From assembly GCF_964355755.1 (NCBI RefSeq), contig NC_092672.1:31502437-31566436 (forward strand): a stretch of 64,000 nucleotides of DNA. Direction: 5' to 3'. Within the stretch, counting starts at the first letter, position 1; the number at the start of each line of letters is the position of its first letter. The position numbers and the translations under genes were made by a program. This document shows positions 14,796 through 24,745 of this stretch, piece after piece. The notes beneath the pieces were generated by a model. It saw nothing but the letters and a program-made list of their open reading frames with translations, made no database searches and was not told the origin of the DNA. The stretch is from Antedon mediterranea. Lineage: Eukaryota; Animalia; Echinodermata.

Positions 14796-17700
14796 ATGTG
14801 GATCTCCATTAATGTTTAGGATAAATGCTTGTTATTGTTAAATGTTTCAATGTGTTTTAATTTTAATAAAGAGGGCCCCTGAATATCAGTTAACTCACTG
14901 GGCTAAATTGGAAGGGTTTTTACCCTCTTTAAAGATGGTTGAAATAAAAATTAGAAACTTTGTTGCATCCTGAAGGTGTCCCCTTAACAGCTGGGGTTAC
15001 TGTAGTTATAATTCAACCTATATCTGCATTCCTTCTTTTTAAAATCAATAATTCCCATGTAATATTATCCCACAAAAGGATGCACAGCACAGAAAGATAA
15101 CATCTTCAGCTGTAAAACACCTTTTATATCTTATTTTTAAAGTAAATATATTATGTATATATTCAGTAGTACGATAGTTGACTAAGACAACACAAATGGA
15201 ATGTTCTATGTTATTCTCCTCACAGCTGTTATCGCACTAGCATAATATTAGCAACTGTTTGATTTAGGGTTGTTAGTATGGTTGCATATCAGCTACTACT
15301 TTATAATGTATTATCATATTTTGGCTTCCTTTTATAATAGTGACTGTAATAATGAATGTTTATTTACCTTTATTTTCTCGATGGAGAAATCACAACGGCA
15401 GATCTTGAAGTCTGCAGTTATAGACAACAACAAAAAGATTAAATTCAGTGGTGTCCTCAACACAACCTCTATCCTTTCCCTCCCACTTCTTATCCTTTCC
15501 CTCCCACTTCTTATCCTTTCCCTCCCACTTCTTACCCCTTCCTTTATAATCTTAGCATTCAAATAAGTAACTTGTATTCCTTTATTTAAAAATGTATCAC
15601 TTTGTATTATTTAATGAATTTACTATGGTACAAAACATATCTCAAAATTGTAAAATGTTTACAATAAAGTAGACTTGTATCTTGTATCTTGTAAAATAAC
15701 TGATTGATGTATCAACTTTTGAATTTAAAAATTCATTAAGCCCTGTCTATACTATCAAACTAGTTTGACAAAAAAAGTGTGATGTGCCCAAATATGGTAG
15801 TGGTATGACATCATCATGTTCATGTATGGGCACATCACATCTTGACTGTTTATAAATTAATTTCCAATATATCACTGGGTAGTTTAAAATTTCCCCAATC
15901 CTGTAAATTTAATTTTATATTTAAAAATTAATTATACACAAGTATATAAATGAACACAATTTTTTTTATACACGTGCCTTCAATTTATATGAAAATTATA
16001 ATTGATTAAATATTCAATGTCACAGGATGGAGATAATAATAAAAATATTATTTTTTTTTAAACTTAAATAATTTAGAATAGAATAACCTAGTATAATCAA
16101 AAAGCCTAGTGAAACGAAATATTTTTATTTTGTATTTTAGTCAAAATCCCTGGGAACACATCTTATAATTTGAATAGTATCAAATAGGAAAATAACCCAT
16201 TTTAGTTATATCATTCACAATTCATCTACAATAATGAAAATGGAACAAAAAATGATGACTCACAAAATTAATAATGTACTGTAAATATTACCAACATTTT
16301 GGTGGTAGCTTACAAATTGACTGGTAGTATTACCCCAGTACATTAACTGTCAATATTACCATAGTATAAATTACATTTAATTAACTATTACATAACTACT
16401 ATAGAGTGGTAATATGTAATTAGGGTTAAGCCTTATTAGTTAATTAATTGCTGGCTCCACATTAATTACTAATTAAACGTTGCTATGTGATATCGGATAT
16501 GAGGTTATAAAATCAGTTTAAAGTTGGGCAAAGCGTATCTCCGGTTGCTATGACACGCTATTGGTCAAGCGTACAGTATCACTATAAATACCTTTTTTTT
16601 ATATTAAATTTGGTTTTATTATTATTAAGTTTGCATTACGATGTTTACATTAACTGTGAAAGATCTTCGAAAATTGTATTTTGCAACCTCGTTCAACAAG
16701 AAAATTAATTGATGTGTTCTATAAATGAGTGTTAGGAGAAAATATATGCTATGGTTTTGTTCGCTGAAGTTTTACCTTTTCTATTTTTAATTACTTGCCT
16801 AATTAATATTATATTACCGTATATGACTGAGTATAATCTTCTGTTAAAGTATACTGAATTTGAATCAAAGACTTTGGTAAAAACAAGGATATGCTGCTCA
16901 CTCTTAATTTTTGCCTAATTAACAAGGCCCCTGGGAATATACTATGTAATATGCGGTTTTATAGTGCTTCTACACAGCCAGCATCTCCATTCAATGGGTT
17001 TTAAAAATAATAAAAACTAAGTATTTTTTCTTCAAATAACTGAATACATCAAATCCTCATTACAAATATAATCTAATTTTGTTTTTCCAAGTATATTCTA
17101 CTGAGATCCAGTCACTGATACCAAGCACAGTGTTTTCATTTTCTTCTTTTTTTGGCAGTAATTTTCCTGTTGGATTTTAGCCCATGATGTCCAATTACTT
17201 ATTAATATTCCTGGTTCTGTGAATTTGTTTTTCATGGTAAAAAAGAGAATTTGGGAACTTAAAAAAGAAATTTTTGGATAGTTTGTTGTTGATGTATGAC
17301 TGTTGACTGTGTATTTATTAAAATAATAATTAGTTTAGTGCATTCTCTGGATCTAAATGAGTCAATTAGGCCTACAAATGAAATCTGATAGGACTAGGCT
17401 TCGTCAGTGGGATACAACCAGAATATGATTTAGTTGATGACGTTGCGTAATATGTAATGAATCACCAATGTTGTCAGGTTAAATATGTTTTGCGCCACCG
17501 CACATGATTTAATTGACACTTTGCATACTTGTAATGAAATGAAATGCATTTCCCTGTCATCATAATCTGTAATTAAAACGTAGTTGCGACCATCATCGTC
17601 TTTTAAACAAAGTGCATGTATTTTTTTAAATTATTTAAAAAAAAATTTTTTATTTTGTAATTTCCTTAACTACTTTATATATTTAACATCACAGCTGTTT

Positions 17701-17828
17701 TTCTTCAAAAAATAATAATATAAATTGAAAAAATTACTTTTGAATTATATGAAATAAAACAACATGTTCTAATAATATCAATGAAACAAAAAGCAAAACA
17801 GAAAACATGATTCGATTGACCTACAAAC

Positions 17829-18558
17829 GGGTATTGCTAAACACCGCAAACCCCGCAAACCTCCAAAAAAACATAGCAAACCCCACCAAACCAACATAAA
17901 AGTGATTGAATCATGTAGTGTACAACCCACTGGGTATATCAATGTAAAAAAAAAATAAATTTCTACTGTTAACAACTTATTTTTGGGGTAAAACATCATT
18001 TTTTGGTAAAAAATGATTGCTAAACCCTACAAACCTCCAAAAAACCATAGCAAACCCCACCGAACCAACATAAAAGTGATTGAATCATGTAGTGTACAAC
18101 CCACTGGGTATATAAATTATTAAATTTCTACTGTTAACTACTTTTTTGGGGATAAAACATAATTTTTTGGTTAAAAATTAGCAATAATTTTTGACCAAAA
18201 AATGATGTTTTACCCCAAAAATAAGTAGTTAACAGTAGAAATTTAATATATTTTTTACATGGATATACCCAGTGGGTTGTACACTACATGATTCAATCAC
18301 TTATATGTTGGTTTGGTGGGGTTTGCTATATTTTTTTGGAGGTTTGCGGGGTTTAGCAATCATTTTTTACCAAAAAATGATGTTTTACCTAAAAAATAAG
18401 TAGTTAACAGTAGAAATTTAATATTTTTTTTACATGGATATACCCAGTGGGTTGTACACTACATGATTCAATCACTTTTATGTTGGTTCGATGGGGTTTG
18501 CTATGTTTTTTTGGAGGTTTGCGGGGGTTTGCGGGGTTTGCGGTGTTTAGCAATACCC
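17829..18558. mobile_element. Foldback-type palindromic non-autonomous DNA transposon
   Basis: The whole 730 bp is an inverted repeat centred at ~18182, and each arm has two ~170-185-bp units. Ends GGGTATTG..CAATACCC with 8-bp TSD CTACAAAC (17821-17828, 18559-18566). Confidence 0.92.
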
Positions 18559-19870
18559 CTACAAACTATATTTTTCATAACTCATAAAGATAACTTCTTA
18601 TATATATTGATAAATTGAAAAAAAAATGTGAAAACTTTTCAAATAACTTCTGATAAATATTGATAAATTTAATTACATAAACCAGAAATTGTAGTCTATG
18701 AGTGCCGCTTACCTGGATAAACTGACATTAGCCCTTTTCTCATGAAATTAGGGGACTACAATATATGAAAAGAAGAATTTTAATGGAACACCCCTACCTA
18801 TCAATGGAACAGCCTGAATACTAAAAAATTCATTTAATATTATTACTGTATTGTTAGACCAACCTCTATTCAAGGGACATCCTTAACAGGAGACTTTGTT
18901 GAGCCCTGAAGATGTCCCCTTAATAGAGGTTCTTGTAATTTGTCAATATTTTTTTTAAACTTAATTTTTCATATTGCAGACTAATATTTTGTAAAATCTC
19001 TTCAATTAAAATTCACTGATAAAAAAAAACAGTAACTAATTGTAAAACATGGAAATGACCACCAATCTGAACTCAATTAGTAAAACCAATACTCCCTGAT
19101 GAGAAATCAGAGTTTAGGAAACCTAAACTTGAACTTAAATTAGTTTTATTAAATTAATGTGTTAACACTTGGTTATTTAATAATTATTTGACAGTAAGAG
19201 AGAATTAATAACATGTTCATATTGTTTGTAGGTTTTTGTTTGAGTTTATTGAGCAGGAATGCCAGCATTGAGATGGATAGTGAATTAATTTGCTTATGGT
19301 TTCAATAGGCAACCCCATAAATGAATTATGACGGTATTACTGTGGTGAAAAACTGTTTTTAAATATACCGTAAAACCTTGCCTTCTTTTCCAAAAGAAAC
19401 CTTTCTGTGGTTTGCAAAAAAAAATTTTGAAAAAAAGCCCATCTGGAAAAGAAGCCCACCCAAGAGTCCTAAAAAAGAAGAAGACCATGGGCTAATTGAT
19501 CTTTTCGAGCTAGGTTTTATAGTTCCCTTTTTTAATTTGCCTATCAAAATTATATTATCCTAAATAAGGATAATCCTATGTTAAATTAGAACATACGATT
19601 TTGGTAAATCAAAGTATAATCTCACTCCTAATTTTTGCCAAATTAACAAGGCTCCTGGGACATACTCTGTAATATGCGGTATTCTGGAGTTTCTACACAT
19701 GGCTAAATAGCTTTAATGCCAGCATCTCCATTCAATGGGTTATAAAAGTAACAAAAACATTTTTTTTCTTCAAATACCATAAAATAATATTTCACATCGT
19801 TAAATTATTTAGTATAACTGTTATATTGCAAAAAGTTGTTAGAAATATAGCCGCGAATTCCAATAAAGAT

Positions 19871-20079
19871 TACACAAACCAACAGTGGTGTTGGTAGTCT
19901 ATGAGTGCCGCTTACCTGGATAAACCAACATAAGCCTCTCTCTTCGACGAGAGGTAAACATTACGAAAAGAAGAACATTAATAACATTAATTTTTCCCCA
20001 CCCCCGTCGGATAATGGATCAGTCCGCCACCAGTACGCCCTCAAGTGAGACACACCCACTTATCATCGTCATCATTTCT
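19871..20079 (-). repeat. DIRS 3' ITR plus unique terminal extension
   Basis: 19910-20079 is the reverse complement of 25050-25219. 19871-19895 is an extension that contains the small hairpin ccaaca-gtgg-tgttgg. Confidence 0.95.
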
Positions 20080-20114
20080 CAAGACCACCTGCCTGAGGGG
20101 ACGGTAGGGAGGGC

Positions 20115-20212
20115 GTTTATCCAGGTAAGCGGCACTCATAGACTACCAACACCACTGTTGGTTTGTGTAGTCTATATCGTGCCTAGCTTACCTGGATAAA
20201 CCAACATAAGCC
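20115..20212. repeat. DIRS internal complementary region (ICR)
   Basis: 20115-20169 is the reverse complement of the left terminus (19871-19925), joined directly to 20169-20212, the reverse complement of the right terminus (25193-25236). Confidence 0.95.
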
Positions 20213-20275
20213 AGTGTAGCACCGGACTAGAGTCTAGTCGGAGGCGGGAGGCAAGGTAAACATTGTCATACATAC

Positions 20276-23143
20276 CTAGTGTCTGGGCTTCAAGATTGAA
20301 GCCGCCACCGTAGACTGGTTTGCGGAGGTATCCGACAGGTAGTGGGATGTGAAGGTGGACTGTGATCGCCACCATGCCGCTTGCAGGATGTCTGGAAGGG
20401 GCACCCCAGCAAACAGCGCCCATGAAGCGGCTATGCCACGCACTTGGTGCATATGTGCCGGAGGAGGCGTATTTGTGGAGTCGTAACCAGCCCGGATGGC
20501 TGCCACGACCCAGTTTGCCAGCGTCGACCGAGCAGCCGGTCGGAAGGGTGCAACTGTCGATACGAACAGATGTGACGCTGAGACCCGAATGGACTCTGTG
20601 CGTTTGATGTAAAACTTTAGTGCCCGCACCGGGCACCAAAGTCTGTCTTCCTCAACCCCTGAATATGCAGCAATGGTGGGAATAAACACAGTCGGCGGCG
20701 AGAAGTTCAATGTCTGAGATTTTGCAAGGAAATCTTTCCTAAAAACCAACCGCGCGCCACCCCGTTCAAACCTGATGTGCCCTGGCTCCAGAGAAAGAGC
20801 GTGCAGTTCACCTCTGCGCTTGCACGAGGCTAGTGCAATCAAAAAGGCAGTTTTGAGAGTCAGGTTGTAAAGTGATGCCCTACTCAGGGGCTCGAAGGGT
20901 GGACGCATAAGAGCGGCTAGGACGACATTGACGTCCCAACGTGGAATCAGGGCCTTAGTAGGAGGCCGTTCTCGAAACATCCCGCGAAGCAAACTGGAAA
21001 TTGCAGGGGATGAAGAGATGGTCGAGCCGTCTTTAAAGTTCGGAATTACTGCAGCCAAGGCAGACCGATAGCCGGATACGGTGCGAACCTGCAGACCTGA
21101 CTCAAACAGGTAATGTAGGAAAGCGCAGACCTGGCCCAAAGTCACTTTCATAGGGTCGGTCTTCTGGCGCTTGCACCATTCGAAAAAGTGTTTTAATCGG
21201 CTATTGTAGACAGCAAGAGTGGATTCCCGTCGGGATTTCGCCGCGAGGGCGGCCGGACCATCTGGAATGCCTGAGTCTCTGAAACGATCCCTGACAATGG
21301 CCATACAGTCAGGTCGAGGGATATGAGGTTCGGTAGAGCAAACCGAGCTCGGCCCTGCGTCAGCAAGTCGTTCCGAATCGGAAGACGTAACGGCTGATCG
21401 TACAGAAGGCCTAGAAGCAGTGGAAACCACGGCTGCCTGGGCCAATACGGCGCTATTAGTAGGACTCGGCATTGATGGCGCTGAATGTGCGTCAGGACCA
21501 GTGGCAGTATTGAAATCGGTGGAAAGGCATATGCCCAAAGGTTGTCCCATGGTATGGACAGGGCATCCACCGCCCACGCATGTGCATCCCGATATCGACT
21601 GCAGAACGTCGGGAGCTGCGTGTTGCCTGACGTCGCAAACAGATCTACATGGGGCCGCCCAAAGTGGTTGAAGATTTGGGTGGCGATTATTGGAAGGAGA
21701 CGCCATTCCGTAGGACGTAGAAGTGGACGGGACAGTGCGTCCGCCACTATGTTCAGACGACCCGCAATGTGGGCCGCTGACAGTTGGATGTTGTGTCTTA
21801 TACACCACATTAGCAACGTCCACGTGTGGCAACATAGCGTGGGGGACCGTGTACCCCCTTGCCTGTTTATGTATGCCACGACGGTTGTGTTGTCGGAATT
21901 GACGAGAACATGGCGATTTGCCAGATGGGGAAGAAGAGCCTCCAACGAGCGCTCGACTGCCCATAGTTCGAGCAGGTTGATGTGGGCGCGCGTCTCCTCG
22001 GGCGACCAGAGGCCGGAGACGCGAATGTCCGGAGACGGTATGTGACCGCCCCAGCCTACTTCGGATGCGTCCGTTTCCACACGGACATCCGGAATTGACC
22101 TTTGTATAGGTGTGCCCACAAGTAACCTGTCTTCCACGAGCCACCATTCGAGATGCGAGATAATGAACGCATTCGTTGGAACCACTTTGTGTAGAGAGTC
22201 TGATCTTGGGCGGTACGCTGCCAGAAGGTGCAGATGTAGAGGCCGCATCCTTAACCGGCAGAACGGAACGAGGGCGACGAAGCTGGCCAGTGACCCCAAG
22301 GTGCGTAGCCAGTCGTACGCCGTCGGAGCCTGAGCATTGATAAGATGTAGCACTGCAGTTCTTGCCTTGGCCACACGCTCGATGGATGGGCACGCACGGC
22401 CCGTAACCAAATTTATTTGGGCTCCGAGATACAGAGGGTTCTGAGAAGGGAGAAGACATGACTTCTCCTCGTTTATTATGAACCCTGCTTGTTCCGTCAC
22501 GAGGCGGACAAAAGATAAGCTGCTCAGCAGCTGGTCCCTGGACTGGGCCACGATCAACCAATCGTCTAAGTACATGAAAACTCTGATGCCGTGTTGATGA
22601 AAGAACGCCGCCAGGGTTCTCACTAGACGAGTAAACACTCGTGGGGCCGTTGAGAGGCCGAACGGCAGAGCTACGAATTGGTATACCTGATCGTGAATGC
22701 GGAAGCGCAGCCAACTCTGGTGTTCTTGCGCAATAGGCACGTGAAAGTACGCGTCTTTCAAGTCTATTGTGGCTGCCCAGTCCCCTCGTCTTAGCCCCAA
22801 CAGGATAGATGAGACAGTCTCCATCCTGAACCTGCGGGGCCGGATGTACCGCTTGTTCAGACTTTTGAGGTTTAGGATGGGTCGCCAATCGCCCGATTTT
22901 TTCTGGGCGAGGAAAACGGTGGATTCGTGTCCCGGGATCGTAAGTTGTTCTTTTTGAACATGCACCACAGCTCCTTTCTGGAGCAGTGCTTCGAGGCCCG
23001 TCATGAGCGCTTGACTCTTTTCCGGCTCTGACGGAATCCTCGTGTGCCGGGCACCTCCGCTCACCGGAGGGCTCGAGAATTCGATACGATACCCGTGTGT
23101 CACGGTGGAGAGAACCCATCTGTCTGTGGTCAGGGTCTCCCAA
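20276..23143 (-). CDS. DIRS tyrosine recombinase ORF; the N-terminal ~650 codons overlap pol in another frame
   Basis: The C-terminal ~350 aa contain a SAM-like region (STLAVYNSRLKHFFEWC, TVSGYRSAL) and the catalytic set R (CKRRGEL), K (LAKSQ), CPVRAL, HxxR (HQVRG), W and Y (FTSHYL). Confidence 0.94.
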   Translation of the reverse strand: MGDPDHRQMGSLHRDTRVSYRILEPSGERRCPAHEDSVRAGKESSAHDGPRSTAPERSCGACSKRTTYDPGTRIHRFPRPEKIGRLATHPKPQKSEQAVHPAPQVQDGDCLIYPVGAKTRGLGSHNRLERRVLSRAYCARTPELAALPHSRSGIPIRSSAVRPLNGPTSVYSSSENPGGVLSSTRHQSFHVLRRLVDRGPVQGPAAEQLIFCPPRDGTSRVHNKRGEVMSSPFSEPSVSRSPNKFGYGPCVPIHRACGQGKNCSATSYQCSGSDGVRLATHLGVTGQLRRPRSVLPVKDAASTSAPSGSVPPKIRLSTQSGSNECVHYLASRMVARGRQVTCGHTYTKVNSGCPCGNGRIRSRLGRSHTVSGHSRLRPLVARGDARPHQPARTMGSRALVGGSSSPSGKSPCSRQFRQHNRRGIHKQARGYTVPHAMLPHVDVANVVYKTQHPTVSGPHCGSSEHSGGRTVPSTSTSYGMASPSNNRHPNLQPLWAAPCRSVCDVRQHAAPDVLQSISGCTCVGGGCPVHTMGQPLGICLSTDFNTATGPDAHSAPSMPSPTNSAVLAQAAVVSTASRPSVRSAVTSSDSERLADAGPSSVCSTEPHIPRPDCMAIVRDRFRDSGIPDGPAALAAKSRRESTLAVYNSRLKHFFEWCKRQKTDPMKVTLGQVCAFLHYLFESGLQVRTVSGYRSALAAVIPNFKDGSTISSSPAISSLLRGMFRERPPTKALIPRWDVNVVLAALMRPPFEPLSRASLYNLTLKTAFLIALASCKRRGELHALSLEPGHIRFERGGARLVFRKDFLAKSQTLNFSPPTVFIPTIAAYSGVEEDRLWCPVRALKFYIKRTESIRVSASHLFVSTVAPFRPAARSTLANWVVAAIRAGYDSTNTPPPAHMHQVRGIAASWALFAGVPLPDILQAAWWRSQSTFTSHYLSDTSANQSTVAASILKPRH

Positions 23144-23175
23144 ACCCGTGAAAACCGTTTCAAGCGACCCCCCAC
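21193..23175 (-). CDS. DIRS pol: reverse transcriptase, RNase H and Dam-like methyltransferase domain
   Basis: RT motifs IDLKDAYFH, LPFGLSTAPRVF and YLDDWL. RNase H motifs TDASEVGWG, INLLEL, SDNTT and ADALSR. MT-like motifs VDLFAT and YAFPP. The true start is uncertain: the frame is open from 23226 and has no early ATG. Confidence 0.96.
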   Translation of the reverse strand: MGGRLKRFSRVWETLTTDRWVLSTVTHGYRIEFSSPPVSGGARHTRIPSEPEKSQALMTGLEALLQKGAVVHVQKEQLTIPGHESTVFLAQKKSGDWRPILNLKSLNKRYIRPRRFRMETVSSILLGLRRGDWAATIDLKDAYFHVPIAQEHQSWLRFRIHDQVYQFVALPFGLSTAPRVFTRLVRTLAAFFHQHGIRVFMYLDDWLIVAQSRDQLLSSLSFVRLVTEQAGFIINEEKSCLLPSQNPLYLGAQINLVTGRACPSIERVAKARTAVLHLINAQAPTAYDWLRTLGSLASFVALVPFCRLRMRPLHLHLLAAYRPRSDSLHKVVPTNAFIISHLEWWLVEDRLLVGTPIQRSIPDVRVETDASEVGWGGHIPSPDIRVSGLWSPEETRAHINLLELWAVERSLEALLPHLANRHVLVNSDNTTVVAYINRQGGTRSPTLCCHTWTLLMWCIRHNIQLSAAHIAGRLNIVADALSRPLLRPTEWRLLPIIATQIFNHFGRPHVDLFATSGNTQLPTFCSRYRDAHAWAVDALSIPWDNLWAYAFPPISILPLVLTHIQRHQCRVLLIAPYWPRQPWFPLLLGLLYDQPLRLPIRNDLLTQGRARFALPNLISLDLTVWPLSGIVSETQAFQMVRPPSRRNPDGNPLLLSTIAD

Positions 23176-23215
23176 CTGCCCGCCCTCGCTTGGAGGGACG
23201 GGCGTCCCCGGGCCG

Positions 23216-24745
23216 TCACCGGCGCTTCACATTATAATACCGGCGACCACTTCTGTTGGTGGCGCCTTTGCCACCCCTATTTCGCATTCCGCGAGGGGGG
23301 TGTGAAGCCTGTCTTGATGTAGAAGCCTGACTTTGCATAGGCTGAGCCGGTGGCGGCGGGGGAGGCTGCATCTGCTGAGGAGCAGCAGGGACAGGCGGCG
23401 GTCGTGCGGCTGTCCTTGAGCGTGAATTGCTAGCTCGGCGTTTTTGCGGGAAGCGCGCTCTTGTCTCCCGACGAGCTTCCCTCTCACGAGCCCATTTATC
23501 CTCCTTCTGTGAGAAGGAGCCAAAGAACAAGTCCTGCGCCCCGAAGGAGTCAGACGTAGTAAACCTACGGAAATCGGTCGGTGCGATGTCAGTTGCACCC
23601 AAGACGTTAACGCGACGGGCCGCGGCCGCAGACAATGAGATCGTTGCCTGTTGATCAACAACCAGGCCCATGATCTGCTGCAGTAGAGCTATCACGTCCG
23701 AATCGCCCTGAGGCGGATGTTCTGGATCAGCCAGAAAGGATAGCAAGTACCCGGCCATAGAGGCGGCTCTAAGCGTCTCGCGTGCGGCCCTGTCGACGGA
23801 CGTAAGGACGTCCTCTGTCCGGGATTCCGAAGGCTTCAAAAAATTAGTCCTGGACGGGTCCAGGTTCTGGTCCTCACGGACCCGTTCCTTCGCTGCCTCC
23901 GGGACGCTCGGCGCCGCGATGTACAGTTCGAATTGTTTCTGCGGCACCGGAAAAGCCGATGACAGGCTATAAGGCATAGGCCTACGAATCTTGGACTCCT
24001 TAGCGATCAGCTCCACACGTTCCACAAGTTCTGGATCGAGAGGCGTAACCGGACACGAAGATACCTTCTTAAAGGGCGTGCGTACGCCAAAAGTGGAAAA
24101 CCGCTTAGACGAAGGAGTATGCTTAGGCTCTCGATACGTGAAATCGACGCCGAGAAAGGACAGCACCGCGGGGACCGTCCGCATAACTAGCGCCTGCAGA
24201 CCTTCCTCCCCTGGCCCGGCCTGCTCTCGTAAGCTATCTCTATCATCGTCAGAGAGCGAGGCCATCGTCCTGTCACTATCGTAATCCCTTTGCCGGACGG
24301 ACGAACCATCGAAAAACGAGGTCTGCTGTGGGCCAACATCAATGTATGGAATATGGGGAGGAGGTCTAATCTGAGAGGGTACCTCAGGCTCATCCCTCGG
24401 CAGAGCTCTCACAGCTGCAACAATGGCTTGCAGTAACCCCGGAGAAAACTCATTCACCCCCGGAACCGCAGAGGCCGCAGCCGGTGCAGGCATATCTGGA
24501 AGGCTAACTTCCGGCGCGACGACAGGAGGGCCTGCCGTATCAACGGTACCCACCTCCGAAGGTGGTACCGCTTCCGTGCGCTCTTTAGGCTTAGGGATCG
24601 ATTTGAACTTGGACGGTGTCCAGCGGACACAAACATCGCACGGCGACAACTCGGTACACGTGCGGCAATTTATACACTCCAAGTGGCGGTCCCACTTCAC
24701 GGTAGAGCGGGGACCCCTACATTTAATACAGTCCTGCTTAGGCAT
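23216..24745 (-). CDS. DIRS ORF1, Gag-like protein (509 aa)
   Basis: ATG-initiated first ORF of the element. Cys/His-rich N-terminus (CIKC..HLECINCRTC..CDVC) and basic/Pro-rich C-terminus. Confidence 0.88.
   Translation of the reverse strand: MPKQDCIKCRGPRSTVKWDRHLECINCRTCTELSPCDVCVRWTPSKFKSIPKPKERTEAVPPSEVGTVDTAGPPVVAPEVSLPDMPAPAAASAVPGVNEFSPGLLQAIVAAVRALPRDEPEVPSQIRPPPHIPYIDVGPQQTSFFDGSSVRQRDYDSDRTMASLSDDDRDSLREQAGPGEEGLQALVMRTVPAVLSFLGVDFTYREPKHTPSSKRFSTFGVRTPFKKVSSCPVTPLDPELVERVELIAKESKIRRPMPYSLSSAFPVPQKQFELYIAAPSVPEAAKERVREDQNLDPSRTNFLKPSESRTEDVLTSVDRAARETLRAASMAGYLLSFLADPEHPPQGDSDVIALLQQIMGLVVDQQATISLSAAAARRVNVLGATDIAPTDFRRFTTSDSFGAQDLFFGSFSQKEDKWAREREARRETRARFPQKRRASNSRSRTAARPPPVPAAPQQMQPPPPPPAQPMQSQASTSRQASHPPRGMRNRGGKGATNRSGRRYYNVKRR

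Noticed and set aside
15270-15566. ORFs with LSLPLLI / RSGRERI repeats
   Set aside because: Caused by a 21-bp tandem repeat at ~15470-15545.
19090-19135. Hammerhead ribozyme core CTGATGA..GAAA
   Set aside because: No stem II closes between the core motifs; the GAAA sits in the loop of a separate small hairpin.
19908-19925. U1 snRNA 5' end or spliced-leader gene (CTTACCTGG / CAG|GTAAGC)
   Set aside because: No further U1 or SL similarity was seen; the motif is part of the DIRS ITR.
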